Shown: piece after piece, positions 27,030 through 37,239 of the stretch
Numbering within the stretch: the first letter of the stretch is position 1
Layout of the letters: every line of letters begins with the position of its first letter
Assembly (NCBI GenBank): GCA_052034135.1
Contig: JBPOJC010000005.1
Span: 76-64,075 of the forward strand
DNA length: 64,000 nt
DNA from: Caldisericota bacterium
GTDB lineage: Bacteria; Caldisericota; Caldisericia; UBA6126; JAGPKI01
Reading direction: 5' to 3'
Position numbers and translations under genes: made by a program
Notes under the pieces: generated by a model
What the model saw: the letters and a program-made list of their open reading frames with translations, nothing else
What the model was told of the DNA's origin: nothing
The model's database searches: none

Positions 27030-28223
27030 TCACCTTTTAAGCTCACCAAGTTGTACTTGTACATCCATTCTTTTGCCAAGTCTATCGATTGTTAGGGTAA
27101 CAATATCACCTACCTTTTTACTTCTTATGTAAGCAATTAAATCTTCCGATTTTATTATTTCTTTTCCGTCAACTGATATTATAACATCATTTTTCTTAAT
27201 TCCAGCTTTTCTTGCAGCTCCTTCTGGGACTTCAACTACAACAACGCCTTTATCAGTTTTTAGGTTAAGTTCTTTAGCTACTGTTTCGCTATTTTCTGTA
27301 ATAACAACTCCCAATGATGGCCAAGAAACTGTACCATATTCTATTAATTCATTCATAACTTTCTTAGCAACATTAGAAGAAACTGCAAAGCCGAGTCCCT
27401 GTGCGTCCGACTCAATCATAAAATTTATACCAATTACTTCACCTTTTAAATTTATGAGTGGTCCACCACTGTTGCCAGGGTTAATGGGAGCGTCAGTTTG
27501 AATTACTCCGACCATCGGAGTAGTAGCAGTTTGTTTGGTTTCTTGATAAGGGAAAAAGAACGGGAAAGGTAATTCAGGTGTTTGGCTACTTGAAGGTGGA
27601 GTTATCTCTCTTTGAATTCCACTAATAACTCCAACTGTTACAGTATAATCATAACCTAACGGATTACCAATTGCTATAACAGTTTCTCCTACTCTTGCTT
27701 TATCTGAATCACCTAAGGAAAGAGTTGGTAAATTTCTTGCGTTAATGGCGACAACTGCAATATCTGATAAAGTGTCTGTTCCGACAATTTTACCATCATA
27801 CTTTTTTCCATCTTTAAGAGTAACTTTTATGGTATCAGCATTCTCTACAACATGGTTATTTGTGAGAATATAACCATCTTCCCTTACAATAAAACCTGAT
27901 CCAAATCCACTACTTACTATTATTCCACGGGATGATTTACTTATGTCTATTTTTACAACTGAATTACTTGCCTGTTCAGCTATAATTGGAATAATTTCAT
28001 AAGTTTCTATATTAGAACTAATTGATATGGGTGCGCTCGTTGTTGTTGATGTTTGAGGTTGTGCCTCCAGATTAATAGGTGGCGCCGGTAAAAACGATGG
28101 TTTTGAAACAAGCCAATAGGTGGAAAAAGCTCCGCCTGCAAATCCACCAATTATGAATATAATTAGCGCAACTATAATGCTTACAAACGAATTACCTTTT
28201 TTTCTCACTTTTAAATCTTCCAT
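27030..28223 (-). CDS. HtrA/DegP-family serine protease with PDZ domain
   Basis: An N-terminal TM anchor, catalytic motifs TNNHV, DIAVV and GNSGGPL, and a C-terminal PDZ domain (GIKKNDVIISVDG). Confidence 0.85.
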   Translation of the reverse strand: MEDLKVRKKGNSFVSIIVALIIFIIGGFAGGAFSTYWLVSKPSFLPAPPINLEAQPQTSTTTSAPISISSNIETYEIIPIIAEQASNSVVKIDISKSSRGIIVSSGFGSGFIVREDGYILTNNHVVENADTIKVTLKDGKKYDGKIVGTDTLSDIAVVAINARNLPTLSLGDSDKARVGETVIAIGNPLGYDYTVTVGVISGIQREITPPSSSQTPELPFPFFFPYQETKQTATTPMVGVIQTDAPINPGNSGGPLINLKGEVIGINFMIESDAQGLGFAVSSNVAKKVMNELIEYGTVSWPSLGVVITENSETVAKELNLKTDKGVVVVEVPEGAARKAGIKKNDVIISVDGKEIIKSEDLIAYIRSKKVGDIVTLTIDRLGKRMDVQVQLGELKR

Positions 28224-28263
28224 AAATTTCCTCCATTAATTATCAAAATTATCTAAAAGTAAA

Positions 28264-30102
28264 TTACACTAATTCTTTTCTAAAAGTTACATTTTTTAAT
28301 AATGACCTTATAAATTCAGCTCCAAACATTAAATATATTGAAATACTGTAAGGTCTGTCATTTAAGTAAAACAACCCATTTGCAACGCTAAGAAGCCTTT
28401 GTTTGTAGAAATTAACAAATAACTCCAATTCAAATCTCAATATTTGCACTCTTTGCCTCTCCTCAGCAGAAGCATTACTCTTTTTTATACTTAATGTAGC
28501 GGTTCTTTCATCTAATTCAACTAAAAGTTTTTTTGCAAGATTTAATAATTTTGTATCTATAAACTTATTCTTTTCTAAGATAAACTTTGCAGCTTTTACC
28601 TCTTGTCCTTCTTTAAATTCATTAAGTTCTTCCAAAAATTTAAAAATTTCAGTTGCAGTAGCTCTCCACTTTAAAGAGAACTCATTACAATCTATAATAT
28701 TCCCAAAAAAAGGTCTTAATATTTCAGGAAGAACAATTTTTAAATTTCCATTAAGGCTTAAGTTGTCGAGAAAGTTTAAGCCTATTCTTATTGTTCTGCA
28801 TATTGGTATATCAATTTTCGATTTACGGAGATTTCTTATTAATGCATCAGCTGCTGGTAAATATTTTGAACCTTGCTCGGGTAATCCAATTGCATTAGGA
28901 TATAGACGCAATTCATTAATGAAGGGAACTGCTTTACCAATTATAAATCCATTTATGTTTTCATCTAATTGTTTATAACTCTCACCTGATATTTTGTAGA
29001 ATAAGATTTTATTATTTTTATCCAAAAACAATTGCACTCTCTCTATTTTATTGTTGGCATCTAAAATATTTAAATAAAATGGTATGTTGTATAAATCATT
29101 TATTAATCTAATTCTCTGAATGTCAATTTTTGCTTCATTAAGTGATTGATTATATGCCTCTATAAATGTAGAAGTTTCTTTCATAAGGATATTAAAGAAA
29201 AAATTATCTAATCCAAAATCCTTTGGAGAAGAAAATATTGTACTTGATTTTGATAGATTAAAATTAAATCTCTCTCCTAAATCTTTAGTTATAAATTTGA
29301 AAGCAAGAGTCTCAAGGTCTGTTATAGTTGTTAAAGGATTGATATTGCTTTTTATGTAATTTATTAAATGATTACTTCTACTTATTATTTCTTCTTTACT
29401 TTCTGGTAGATAAGCCTGTTCTAATAACCCTTTAAGTAAATAATCAAAATATAATGATTTTAAAACATCTTTTATGTTTGCATCACCAAGCTGGATAGAA
29501 GAGAAAAGATAGTTCTGCTCTTTTTTTGGAGCTATGCCAAATTTTCCAAAAGACTTAGTTAATAAGTAAAAAAGCTCTTGTTCATTATGATCATTAAAAA
29601 ATAATTTAAGATCATTACTTATATCATATGCACAATTATCTCCATATTCATTACTAATGCCTGATTGATTTGAAAAACTAGCAGCCGAAAGTTTTTTCAG
29701 AAAGTCTTTATCAAGTTTTTCTGCATAATCCGTATATTTTTTTGAAATTGTCCTAACATTTATTCCATAATCCTTTAGTTGTGCTAATTCGAGAGCAGGA
29801 AGATAAAATATACCATAAGAAGTATCAATATTTGTGTATGTTGCTTCTCCAAATGAATTTGAGTAATCCTCAGTTATAATATAATTATTGTCTTCTAAAT
29901 TAGTGTAATAAAAAAGGTTTTGGTCAGGAGTGCCAATTTTTTCATCATGAATAAATGGGGTAAATGATATTTGATAGTTCTTCTCTGTGAGAGCATTAAA
30001 TAATGCAACATCGGTAATAAGCGCATCCCAAAGTATGTTTTGGTCGCCCTTAAATATGATACTAATTTTTTCGTTATCTAATAATTTCATAAATAAACTC
30101 AT
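28264..30102 (-). CDS. Large hypothetical protein (612 aa), no recognisable motif
   Basis: A long uninterrupted ORF with genome-typical composition. I recognise no family. Confidence 0.5.
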   Translation of the reverse strand: MSLFMKLLDNEKISIIFKGDQNILWDALITDVALFNALTEKNYQISFTPFIHDEKIGTPDQNLFYYTNLEDNNYIITEDYSNSFGEATYTNIDTSYGIFYLPALELAQLKDYGINVRTISKKYTDYAEKLDKDFLKKLSAASFSNQSGISNEYGDNCAYDISNDLKLFFNDHNEQELFYLLTKSFGKFGIAPKKEQNYLFSSIQLGDANIKDVLKSLYFDYLLKGLLEQAYLPESKEEIISRSNHLINYIKSNINPLTTITDLETLAFKFITKDLGERFNFNLSKSSTIFSSPKDFGLDNFFFNILMKETSTFIEAYNQSLNEAKIDIQRIRLINDLYNIPFYLNILDANNKIERVQLFLDKNNKILFYKISGESYKQLDENINGFIIGKAVPFINELRLYPNAIGLPEQGSKYLPAADALIRNLRKSKIDIPICRTIRIGLNFLDNLSLNGNLKIVLPEILRPFFGNIIDCNEFSLKWRATATEIFKFLEELNEFKEGQEVKAAKFILEKNKFIDTKLLNLAKKLLVELDERTATLSIKKSNASAEERQRVQILRFELELFVNFYKQRLLSVANGLFYLNDRPYSISIYLMFGAEFIRSLLKNVTFRKELV

Positions 30103-30268
30103 TCATTATAGCTATAAATTTCAGTTTTATAAAATAAATAAAAACAATCGAATAAATCTTATTCAGGAGATTTTTTAAACATAACAATTATTATTTATGT
30201 CTGTTTATTAATAAATTAAATTAATTTTTGTTAAGTAAAAATGATTTTAAGCTATAATATTTTAAAAG

Positions 30269-31270
30269 GTGAACTTGAAAGTGAAAACTGTTATTTGGGA
30301 ATTGTTTGATAAAGAGGATAAAAATATTAATTTTACTCCTTTCTTAGAAAGAGCTTTAAATGTTCTTGATCTGTCTATTGAAAGAGAAGAAATTCTCTTT
30401 ACCGTAGATACGACCAATTTGGAAACTGTTGTTCAAAAAAGAGAAGTAATTAATTTAATAAGAGGCTTATCAGATATATTAAATAAAAACAAAATAATCA
30501 TCCTTACTTCTCAAAGTGATGAAGTAATAAATTCTAATACTTTAGGCAGTGAATTTGAGGTTAAGTCTATCTTTGAAGACGGGTTTTGCTTAGTGGAACA
30601 TAAAAGGAAAATTGAAAAATTCAGTGATTATAAAACTCAAAAACCTTTTTTTCTCTCAAAGTTCTATTTTCCAAAAAGTATTGTGGATGCCAAATTTATA
30701 GTTCCAATTAATATGTTTGATACTTCTCCGATATTTGGCATTAAAGGTGTTGTATCATCATTTTTTTGGTTCCTGCCTACTTATACAAGAAGCGAAATCC
30801 TCATTCTTGAAAATATAATAAATCGTTCAACTGCTCTTTTAGAGGCTTTTTCTGAAATTAGCAAAAGAATTATTTTTGCAGTAAATTTGCTATTAAATGA
30901 AGTTAATATGGCTACAATTTCGGAGGATAGTGTAGCGACAGATGCTTTTACTTCAGCGCTTGTAGGGATAAAGGCTTTATCTATTCCTATAACAAAAATA
31001 GCGAATAAAAAAAAGTTAGGTACAGGAGATATAATGAGGCTGATTATTTCTGGAGAAAAGTTTAGTAAACCCGTTACATTTCTTGAAAGAAAAGAAGTTG
31101 ATAAATCTGTTACAATTAATTCAGCAAAATGTAATTTATGTATGAAATGTTTAGACTTTTGTCCCTTAGGAGCGATAATTATTGACGAGGAAAATTTATG
31201 TATAAATAATGATAAATGTAACAAATGCGCTTATTGTATCGAGATTTGCCCTTTGAAAGCAATAAATTAA
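30269..31270 (+). CDS. Hypothetical protein with C-terminal 2x[4Fe-4S] ferredoxin domain
   Basis: CNLCMKCLDFCP and CNKCAYCIEICP lie at the C-terminus. The N-terminal 270 aa are unassigned. The start codon is GTG. Confidence 0.55.
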   Translation: MNLKVKTVIWELFDKEDKNINFTPFLERALNVLDLSIEREEILFTVDTTNLETVVQKREVINLIRGLSDILNKNKIIILTSQSDEVINSNTLGSEFEVKSIFEDGFCLVEHKRKIEKFSDYKTQKPFFLSKFYFPKSIVDAKFIVPINMFDTSPIFGIKGVVSSFFWFLPTYTRSEILILENIINRSTALLEAFSEISKRIIFAVNLLLNEVNMATISEDSVATDAFTSALVGIKALSIPITKIANKKKLGTGDIMRLIISGEKFSKPVTFLERKEVDKSVTINSAKCNLCMKCLDFCPLGAIIIDEENLCINNDKCNKCAYCIEICPLKAIN

Positions 31271-31365
31271 TAGTTTAACAAATTTTATAGAAATAATGCT
31301 GAATTTGCGGTTATACGGATATTTGCTTTAAATTGCGAGAATGAGATAAAAGGAGATATTTGTAA

Positions 31366-32427
31366 ATGGAAAAGATATTAGTTATAAATCCAGGCTCAAC
31401 ATCAACTAAAATAGCAATTTATAATGATAAATCTAAAGTTTTTGAAACAAACTTAGCACACGAAGCTACTGAATTAAATAAATTTGAAAGAATAGTTGAT
31501 CAATGTGATTTCAGAAAAGAGCGTATTTTAGATATCTTAGAAAAAGAAAATTACAGAATTTCTGATTTTACTGCTATTGTTGCAAGAGGAGGACTTTTAA
31601 AGCCACTTTCCGCAGGTTCCTACAGAATTGATGATAATATGGTTTCTGATTTGAAGGCTTGCAAATATGGAGAGCATGCTTCGAATCTTGGTGCAATAAT
31701 AGCTTACGATCTATCTAAAGTGTATAACATTCCAGCTTTTATTGCTGATCCAGTGTCAGTTGATGAATTTACTGAACTTGCAAGACTTACGGGATTGAAA
31801 GATATTCAAAGAGTTTCTTTAGATCATCCTTTAAATATTAGAGCAATACTTAAAAAATACTGTGAAGAAGAGAAGAAAAACTTTACAGATTTATGTGCGG
31901 TTTGTGCTCATTTAGGTGGAGGAATTTCTGTTACTGCTTTTAAAGAAGGTAAATTGATTGATGTTAGTAACCCTAATGAAGGAGGACCATTTTCAACAAC
32001 AAGGGCAGGCAGCCTGCCTTCAATTGATATTGTTGAAATGTGTTACTCAGATAATTATGATATGAATAGTTTTAAAAAGCTTCTTCTGACTCAGGCCGGA
32101 CTGGTCTCGTATTTAGGGACAAATGATTTAAAGGTTGCCATTAAAATGATGGATGAAGGAAATTCATATGCTAAAGACGTGATAGATGCTCTTTGTTATC
32201 AGGTTAGCAAAGAAATAGGAGCAATGTCTTTAGTACTAAAGAAAAGACCGGAAGTTATTATATTGACTGGAGGAATGAGTAATTCGACTTATGTTGTTGA
32301 CGCCATTAAAGAACGAGTTTCTTTTATAGCTCCTGTTAAAGTTTATTCAGGGAGCGACGAAATGGAAGCACTTGCATATGCTGCATTAAATGCAAAAAGC
32401 GGTAAAGAAGAAATCAAAGTATACTAA
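31366..32427 (+). CDS. buk: Butyrate kinase (paralog 1)
   Basis: ILVINPGSTSTKIAIY, ARGGLLKP and HLGGGISV are ASKHA-family butyrate kinase motifs. Confidence 0.9.
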   Translation: MEKILVINPGSTSTKIAIYNDKSKVFETNLAHEATELNKFERIVDQCDFRKERILDILEKENYRISDFTAIVARGGLLKPLSAGSYRIDDNMVSDLKACKYGEHASNLGAIIAYDLSKVYNIPAFIADPVSVDEFTELARLTGLKDIQRVSLDHPLNIRAILKKYCEEEKKNFTDLCAVCAHLGGGISVTAFKEGKLIDVSNPNEGGPFSTTRAGSLPSIDIVEMCYSDNYDMNSFKKLLLTQAGLVSYLGTNDLKVAIKMMDEGNSYAKDVIDALCYQVSKEIGAMSLVLKKRPEVIILTGGMSNSTYVVDAIKERVSFIAPVKVYSGSDEMEALAYAALNAKSGKEEIKVY

Positions 32428-32451
32428 ATTTATTAAGGAGGTAAATATTAA

Positions 32452-33363
32452 GTGATACAAAATTTTATAGAAGCAAAAGCAAAAGCCAAAAGTTTTCCTA
32501 AAAGAAGAGTTGCTGTGGTTGGAGCAGGGGACATAGATGTATTAGAAGCTGTTTTTGATGCTAAAAACGAGGGATTAATAGAACCAATTTTTATTGATTC
32601 TAAAGAGAAAATATTAAAGGCAAATTCAGATAAATTCGACTTAAGTGGTATAGAAATAATTGATGAGGGAGAAAAAATTCCTCAATGTCAGGCAGGCATA
32701 AAATTAGTTAAAGAAAATAGAGCAGATATTTTAATGAAAGGTTTAATACCAACGCCAATTCTCTTTAAAGAAGTTTTAAATAAAGAAACTGGTCTAAGAT
32801 TTGGTAAACTTCTTACCCATATAGGAGTCATAAAAACACCTTACTATCACAAAATGTTAATAATGACAGATGGTGGCATAGTAATTGCTCCAACGCTTGA
32901 TGATAAGATAGCAATACTTGAAAATGCATCTATTGTGGCAAAAGCTCTTGAAATAGAGAAGCCTAAAGTTGCTGCAATATCCGCAGTTGAGACAATTTCA
33001 ACAAATATGCAATCAACCGTTGATGCTGCAATACTGACAAAAATGTATGAAAGAGGACAACTTCCTGGTTTTATTGTGGATGGTCCTTTGGCTATGGACA
33101 ATGCAGTTTCTAAGGAAGCTGCTCTACATAAGGGTATAAAAAGTGAAGTTTCTGGAGATCCCGACATACTCCTTATGCCCAACATAGAATCAGGAAATAT
33201 ATTTTATAAAGCACTTGTTTATCTTGGCGGTGGCGCTGATACGGCTGGCATAGTAATAGGAGCAAAAGTTCCACTCGTTGTTCCTTCAAGGTCAGATTCT
33301 CCTCAAAACAAACTTAATTCTATAATAATGGCAAACTTGATTTCTTATTCGATTTCAAATTAA
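32452..33363 (+). CDS. ptb: Phosphate butyryltransferase
   Basis: About 300 aa of the phosphate acyltransferase family (ILMKGLI, DGPLAMDNA, PDILLMPNIESGNIFYK), positioned between two buk genes. Confidence 0.85.
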   Translation: MIQNFIEAKAKAKSFPKRRVAVVGAGDIDVLEAVFDAKNEGLIEPIFIDSKEKILKANSDKFDLSGIEIIDEGEKIPQCQAGIKLVKENRADILMKGLIPTPILFKEVLNKETGLRFGKLLTHIGVIKTPYYHKMLIMTDGGIVIAPTLDDKIAILENASIVAKALEIEKPKVAAISAVETISTNMQSTVDAAILTKMYERGQLPGFIVDGPLAMDNAVSKEAALHKGIKSEVSGDPDILLMPNIESGNIFYKALVYLGGGADTAGIVIGAKVPLVVPSRSDSPQNKLNSIIMANLISYSISN

Positions 33364-33380
33364 AGATAGGGGTATAAAAA

Positions 33381-34454
33381 ATGAGCGAAGAATTGGCTCT
33401 TGTCATAAATCCAGGTTCCACATCCACAAAAGTAGCTATATTTGACGAAAATAAAGAAATCTTTAAAATAAATATTTCTCATAGTGTTGAGAAACTTAAA
33501 GAATTTAAATCCATAGTGGATCAATATATTTTTCGTAAAGATGCAATAATTAAAACAGTCAATGAGAATAATGTTAATTTTGAGAGTATAAAGTGTATCG
33601 CCGCAAGAGGCGGACTTCTTAAGCCTGGACCTTCAGGTGTTTATGCTGTTAATGAAAAGATGGTTTCTGATTTGAAGGCTTGCAAATATGGGGAGCATGC
33701 TTCAAATCTTGGTGCAATAATAGCTTATGATCTATCTAAGGAGTATAACATCCCAGCCTTTATTGCTGATCCAGTCACAGTTGACGAAATGGATAAATTA
33801 GCAAAATTTACCGGGCTAAAAGGCTTAGAAAGAAGAAGCATTTTTCATGCACTAAACCAAAAATATATTGCGAGGAAATTTTCCAAGGAACATGGTAAAA
33901 AATATGAAGACCTAAATCTTATTGTAGTTCATATGGGTGGCGGTATTTCAATAGGAGTCCATAAAAATGGTAGAGTGATTGATGTGAACAATGCTCTAAA
34001 TGGAGATGGTCCTTATTCTCCGGAAAGAGCTGGCACTCTACCCACTTTGAGTTTAGCAGGACTCTGTTTTTCTAACAAATATTCAAAAATGGAAATGCTC
34101 AAGAATCTTGCTGGCAAAGGTGGTTTTGTGTCTCATCTTGGAACAAATAATGCTTTAGAAGCAGAGAAAAGAGCATTAAATGGAGACAGCAAAGCAAAAC
34201 TTATTATCGATGGCATGATTTACCAAATTTCAAAAGGTATTGGTGAGGCAAGCAGTGTACTTAAAGGTAAAGTTAATGCGATAATCTTCACAGGCGGCAT
34301 TGCAAAATCAGAATTTATTACTTCTGAAATAAAGAATTATATAGATTATATTGCACCAGTGTTTATTTATCCTGGAGAAAATGAGATGGAAGCTCTATCA
34401 GAGAATGTCTTTAGGGTATTAAAGGGAGAGATTAAACCATCAGTCTATGAATAA
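33381..34454 (+). CDS. buk: Butyrate kinase (paralog 2)
   Basis: LVINPGSTSTKVAIF, ARGGLLKP and HMGGGISI. Confidence 0.9.
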   Translation: MSEELALVINPGSTSTKVAIFDENKEIFKINISHSVEKLKEFKSIVDQYIFRKDAIIKTVNENNVNFESIKCIAARGGLLKPGPSGVYAVNEKMVSDLKACKYGEHASNLGAIIAYDLSKEYNIPAFIADPVTVDEMDKLAKFTGLKGLERRSIFHALNQKYIARKFSKEHGKKYEDLNLIVVHMGGGISIGVHKNGRVIDVNNALNGDGPYSPERAGTLPTLSLAGLCFSNKYSKMEMLKNLAGKGGFVSHLGTNNALEAEKRALNGDSKAKLIIDGMIYQISKGIGEASSVLKGKVNAIIFTGGIAKSEFITSEIKNYIDYIAPVFIYPGENEMEALSENVFRVLKGEIKPSVYE

Positions 34455-35154
34455 AAATATATTCTTATTTATTGGAAATATGGGTTCAGGAAAAAGCGAA
34501 GTTGCTATTAATTTCACTTTGAGGCTTACAAAAGAAGGGAAAAAACCTGTAAAGTTACTCGATCTTGATCTAATTAAACCTTACATCAGAATCAGGGATG
34601 TTTCCGAGAAACTTTTAAAAGCTGGAATTGATCTTATTGAGCCTTATGGTAAATTGAAAAACGCTGATATGCCTATAGTTCCAGCCAAGATGATGGATTA
34701 TATTATGGATGATAGATTTGATCTTGTGATAGATGTGGGCGGAGAGGAAAGAGGAGTCATAACTATTGCTCAATTTGCTAAACCGTTAAAAGAAAAAAAT
34801 CTTGAAGTAAATTTAACAATTAATACTTTAAGGCCATTCTCCAGATCCATTGATCAAATTATTTCTATAATTAATTCCCTCGAGCATAATTCGAAACTCA
34901 AGATCACAGGCCTTGTCAGTAATACTCATCTTAGATTTGAATCAACAATCGAAGAAGCTTATAAAGGCTACGAAATACTTTCTTCTGTGAGCAGAGAACT
35001 AAATATCCCTATAAAATTTGTTTGTATTTGGGAGAAATTATTAAACTCAAATTCAAGCAATGAAATTCTTGAGAAATTTAAAGGTCAGGATATTTTGCCA
35101 CTGAAGCTATTTTTGACTTTTCCATGGGAATTGGATTCGGATTCTTCAATTTGA
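34447..35154 (+). CDS. P-loop NTPase (MinD/ParA/CooC-like), function unknown
   Basis: A deviant Walker A at the N-terminus (GNMGSGKSEVAI). It overlaps buk2 by 8 nt. Confidence 0.4.
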   Translation: MNKNIFLFIGNMGSGKSEVAINFTLRLTKEGKKPVKLLDLDLIKPYIRIRDVSEKLLKAGIDLIEPYGKLKNADMPIVPAKMMDYIMDDRFDLVIDVGGEERGVITIAQFAKPLKEKNLEVNLTINTLRPFSRSIDQIISIINSLEHNSKLKITGLVSNTHLRFESTIEEAYKGYEILSSVSRELNIPIKFVCIWEKLLNSNSSNEILEKFKGQDILPLKLFLTFPWELDSDSSI

Positions 35155-37239
35155 AGGAATATAAAAGAGAAATTCAACTCCTTCATCTAAATTTCTTGCC
35201 AATATTTCTCCACCGTGGAGTTTTACAATTTCCTCAACAATGCTTAAACCAATTCCAAATCCTGGGATAGAACGTTGTTTGTTAGTAGAGGATGCATATG
35301 GAGAAAATATATATTTAAGAGAGCCTTCGGGAATTTGAGGACCATTATTTTTGACCGAGAAATAATATTTGTTTTCTGATTTATAATATGATATTTCGAT
35401 AACGCCATCGTTCTTTAAATAATTTATTGAATTTATTAACAGATTGTCAAATACTTCCTTTAACCTGAGGGGATCTGCATAAATTGATGAACTATCATCT
35501 TCAATTTTTAAATTTATTTTAATGTTCTTATCGTTTACTCTTACTAAATTGGCTTCTATAACTTCCTCTAATAATGTTTCAATATTAATAAGTCTTCTTT
35601 CGAGAGTGATTCCTTTGAATTCGATGCGAGATAGTTCCATCAAATTATTTAAAAGTAATACTAATTCGTTGGATTGTCGCAATATTAGTTCTGGTAAATT
35701 TTTCTTATCACTATTTAAAATTCCATCAGAGAAAACCAACTTTGTTGCTTCTGTTATTACTGTTATATAATTTCTTATATCATGAAGAATCTTTGCGAAA
35801 AATAGATCTCTTTTTTCCTTAATTTCGGCTATTTCTTTGTTTGCCTGAGAAAGATTTTCTAAAAGCATTAAATTTTTTAGTATTACATTAATATTTAAAG
35901 TTAATTCATTGATATAATCTAAAATTTCAGGATCTTCAATAAAAGATTCCTCTTTCACCCTTAAAAATGCTAAACAGAGTATTTCATCTTTGTGAAAAAG
36001 AGGAATAATTAGACCAATTTTTTCATTTTCTATAAATTCTTGTTCTTCACGTGTTATTCCGGTAAATTCTGGAAATATATTTATATAGGAGCTAAATATT
36101 GGTTTATTGTTTCTTTTGAAATATTCGATTAACATACTTTTTGGAGAAACTTGAAAACTTGAGTTTTTGATATCTGGACTAATATAAAGGTTTTTAGTTT
36201 TATCAAAGAGAAATAAGTAAAGGTAATCACAATTAGTTATGAATTTGAGGTCGTTAGTGAAAAGTTCTGCAAAAGAATTAATGCTATCACAGGTTAAATA
36301 TCTTTCAATTGAGGATTTTATTGAATTTTCTATTGAGAAATGTTTTTTAAATAAATTTTTTTCTAAAGTTTTTTTAATTTGTTCATAAATTAAAGTTGTA
36401 ATTATTACAAGCAAGGGGATAAATATGATTATATGGAATAAATTATTGTTATTTGTACTTAATTTAGCTGTATTGGTAATAGCTGGTATTAATACGCATA
36501 TTGAGAGGTATGTAATTAATACTGTAATTAAAACTGTTAGAAGAATTGATAGAATGTAGGTTGTTAGCTTTCTGGCAAGTCTTCTTGTTTTAATAAACTT
36601 AAATCTGAAAATAGCATATAGGATTAATAAAGAATTTATTAAATTGGAAAGTATGTCTATTGGATAAGCTCCTAAAACAGGGCTTAAATTTGCAAGCGTT
36701 CCAACCATAAGTATAAAAGAACCTATAATCACATACCTTAATCCAGTTTTTCTAAACAAGTCTTCTTCTTTTCTGTATGAAAGAAGAAGTGTTACGGTAG
36801 ATAGAATCATAATTGCGTAATCTAATCCGTATGCTACTAAGATTAATTTACCAGGCTCATAGATAAAAGAAGTTCCCTCAAACTTAGCTTGCGATACAAT
36901 TAAGCCTGAAAGATTTAAAATCTCTAAAAAGATGTATGCTAATATATTAAATATTTTTAATTTATTTTGCTTAAGAGCGTATTTACAGGCAAAATCATAA
37001 TAAAGCATCGGTATTAAGAGAAGTGCAGAAACCATGAATCTATTCCAGAAAAGTGGAGTAAGAATTGTAGAATTAAGGTGCATCATAAAGGAGCCAAAGC
37101 TCCAGATGATGTTTGCAAGGATATAATAACTTAAAGCTCTGTTTGTCCTATTTTTTTCAGTTCTAAAGAGAATAATAAAAATTACAGAGAAGCAAATAAA
37201 TGTAAGGAAGGGAACCATGCTTGTTATATTAGTAATCAT
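35146..37239 (-). CDS. Sensor histidine kinase with polytopic N-terminal membrane domain
   Basis: About 8 TM helices, H-box FFAKILHDIRNY, N-box LLINSINY and G-box GFGIGLSIV. No response regulator is adjacent. Confidence 0.8.
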   Translation of the reverse strand: MITNITSMVPFLTFICFSVIFIILFRTEKNRTNRALSYYILANIIWSFGSFMMHLNSTILTPLFWNRFMVSALLLIPMLYYDFACKYALKQNKLKIFNILAYIFLEILNLSGLIVSQAKFEGTSFIYEPGKLILVAYGLDYAIMILSTVTLLLSYRKEEDLFRKTGLRYVIIGSFILMVGTLANLSPVLGAYPIDILSNLINSLLILYAIFRFKFIKTRRLARKLTTYILSILLTVLITVLITYLSICVLIPAITNTAKLSTNNNNLFHIIIFIPLLVIITTLIYEQIKKTLEKNLFKKHFSIENSIKSSIERYLTCDSINSFAELFTNDLKFITNCDYLYLFLFDKTKNLYISPDIKNSSFQVSPKSMLIEYFKRNNKPIFSSYINIFPEFTGITREEQEFIENEKIGLIIPLFHKDEILCLAFLRVKEESFIEDPEILDYINELTLNINVILKNLMLLENLSQANKEIAEIKEKRDLFFAKILHDIRNYITVITEATKLVFSDGILNSDKKNLPELILRQSNELVLLLNNLMELSRIEFKGITLERRLINIETLLEEVIEANLVRVNDKNIKINLKIEDDSSSIYADPLRLKEVFDNLLINSINYLKNDGVIEISYYKSENKYYFSVKNNGPQIPEGSLKYIFSPYASSTNKQRSIPGFGIGLSIVEEIVKLHGGEILARNLDEGVEFLFYIPSN

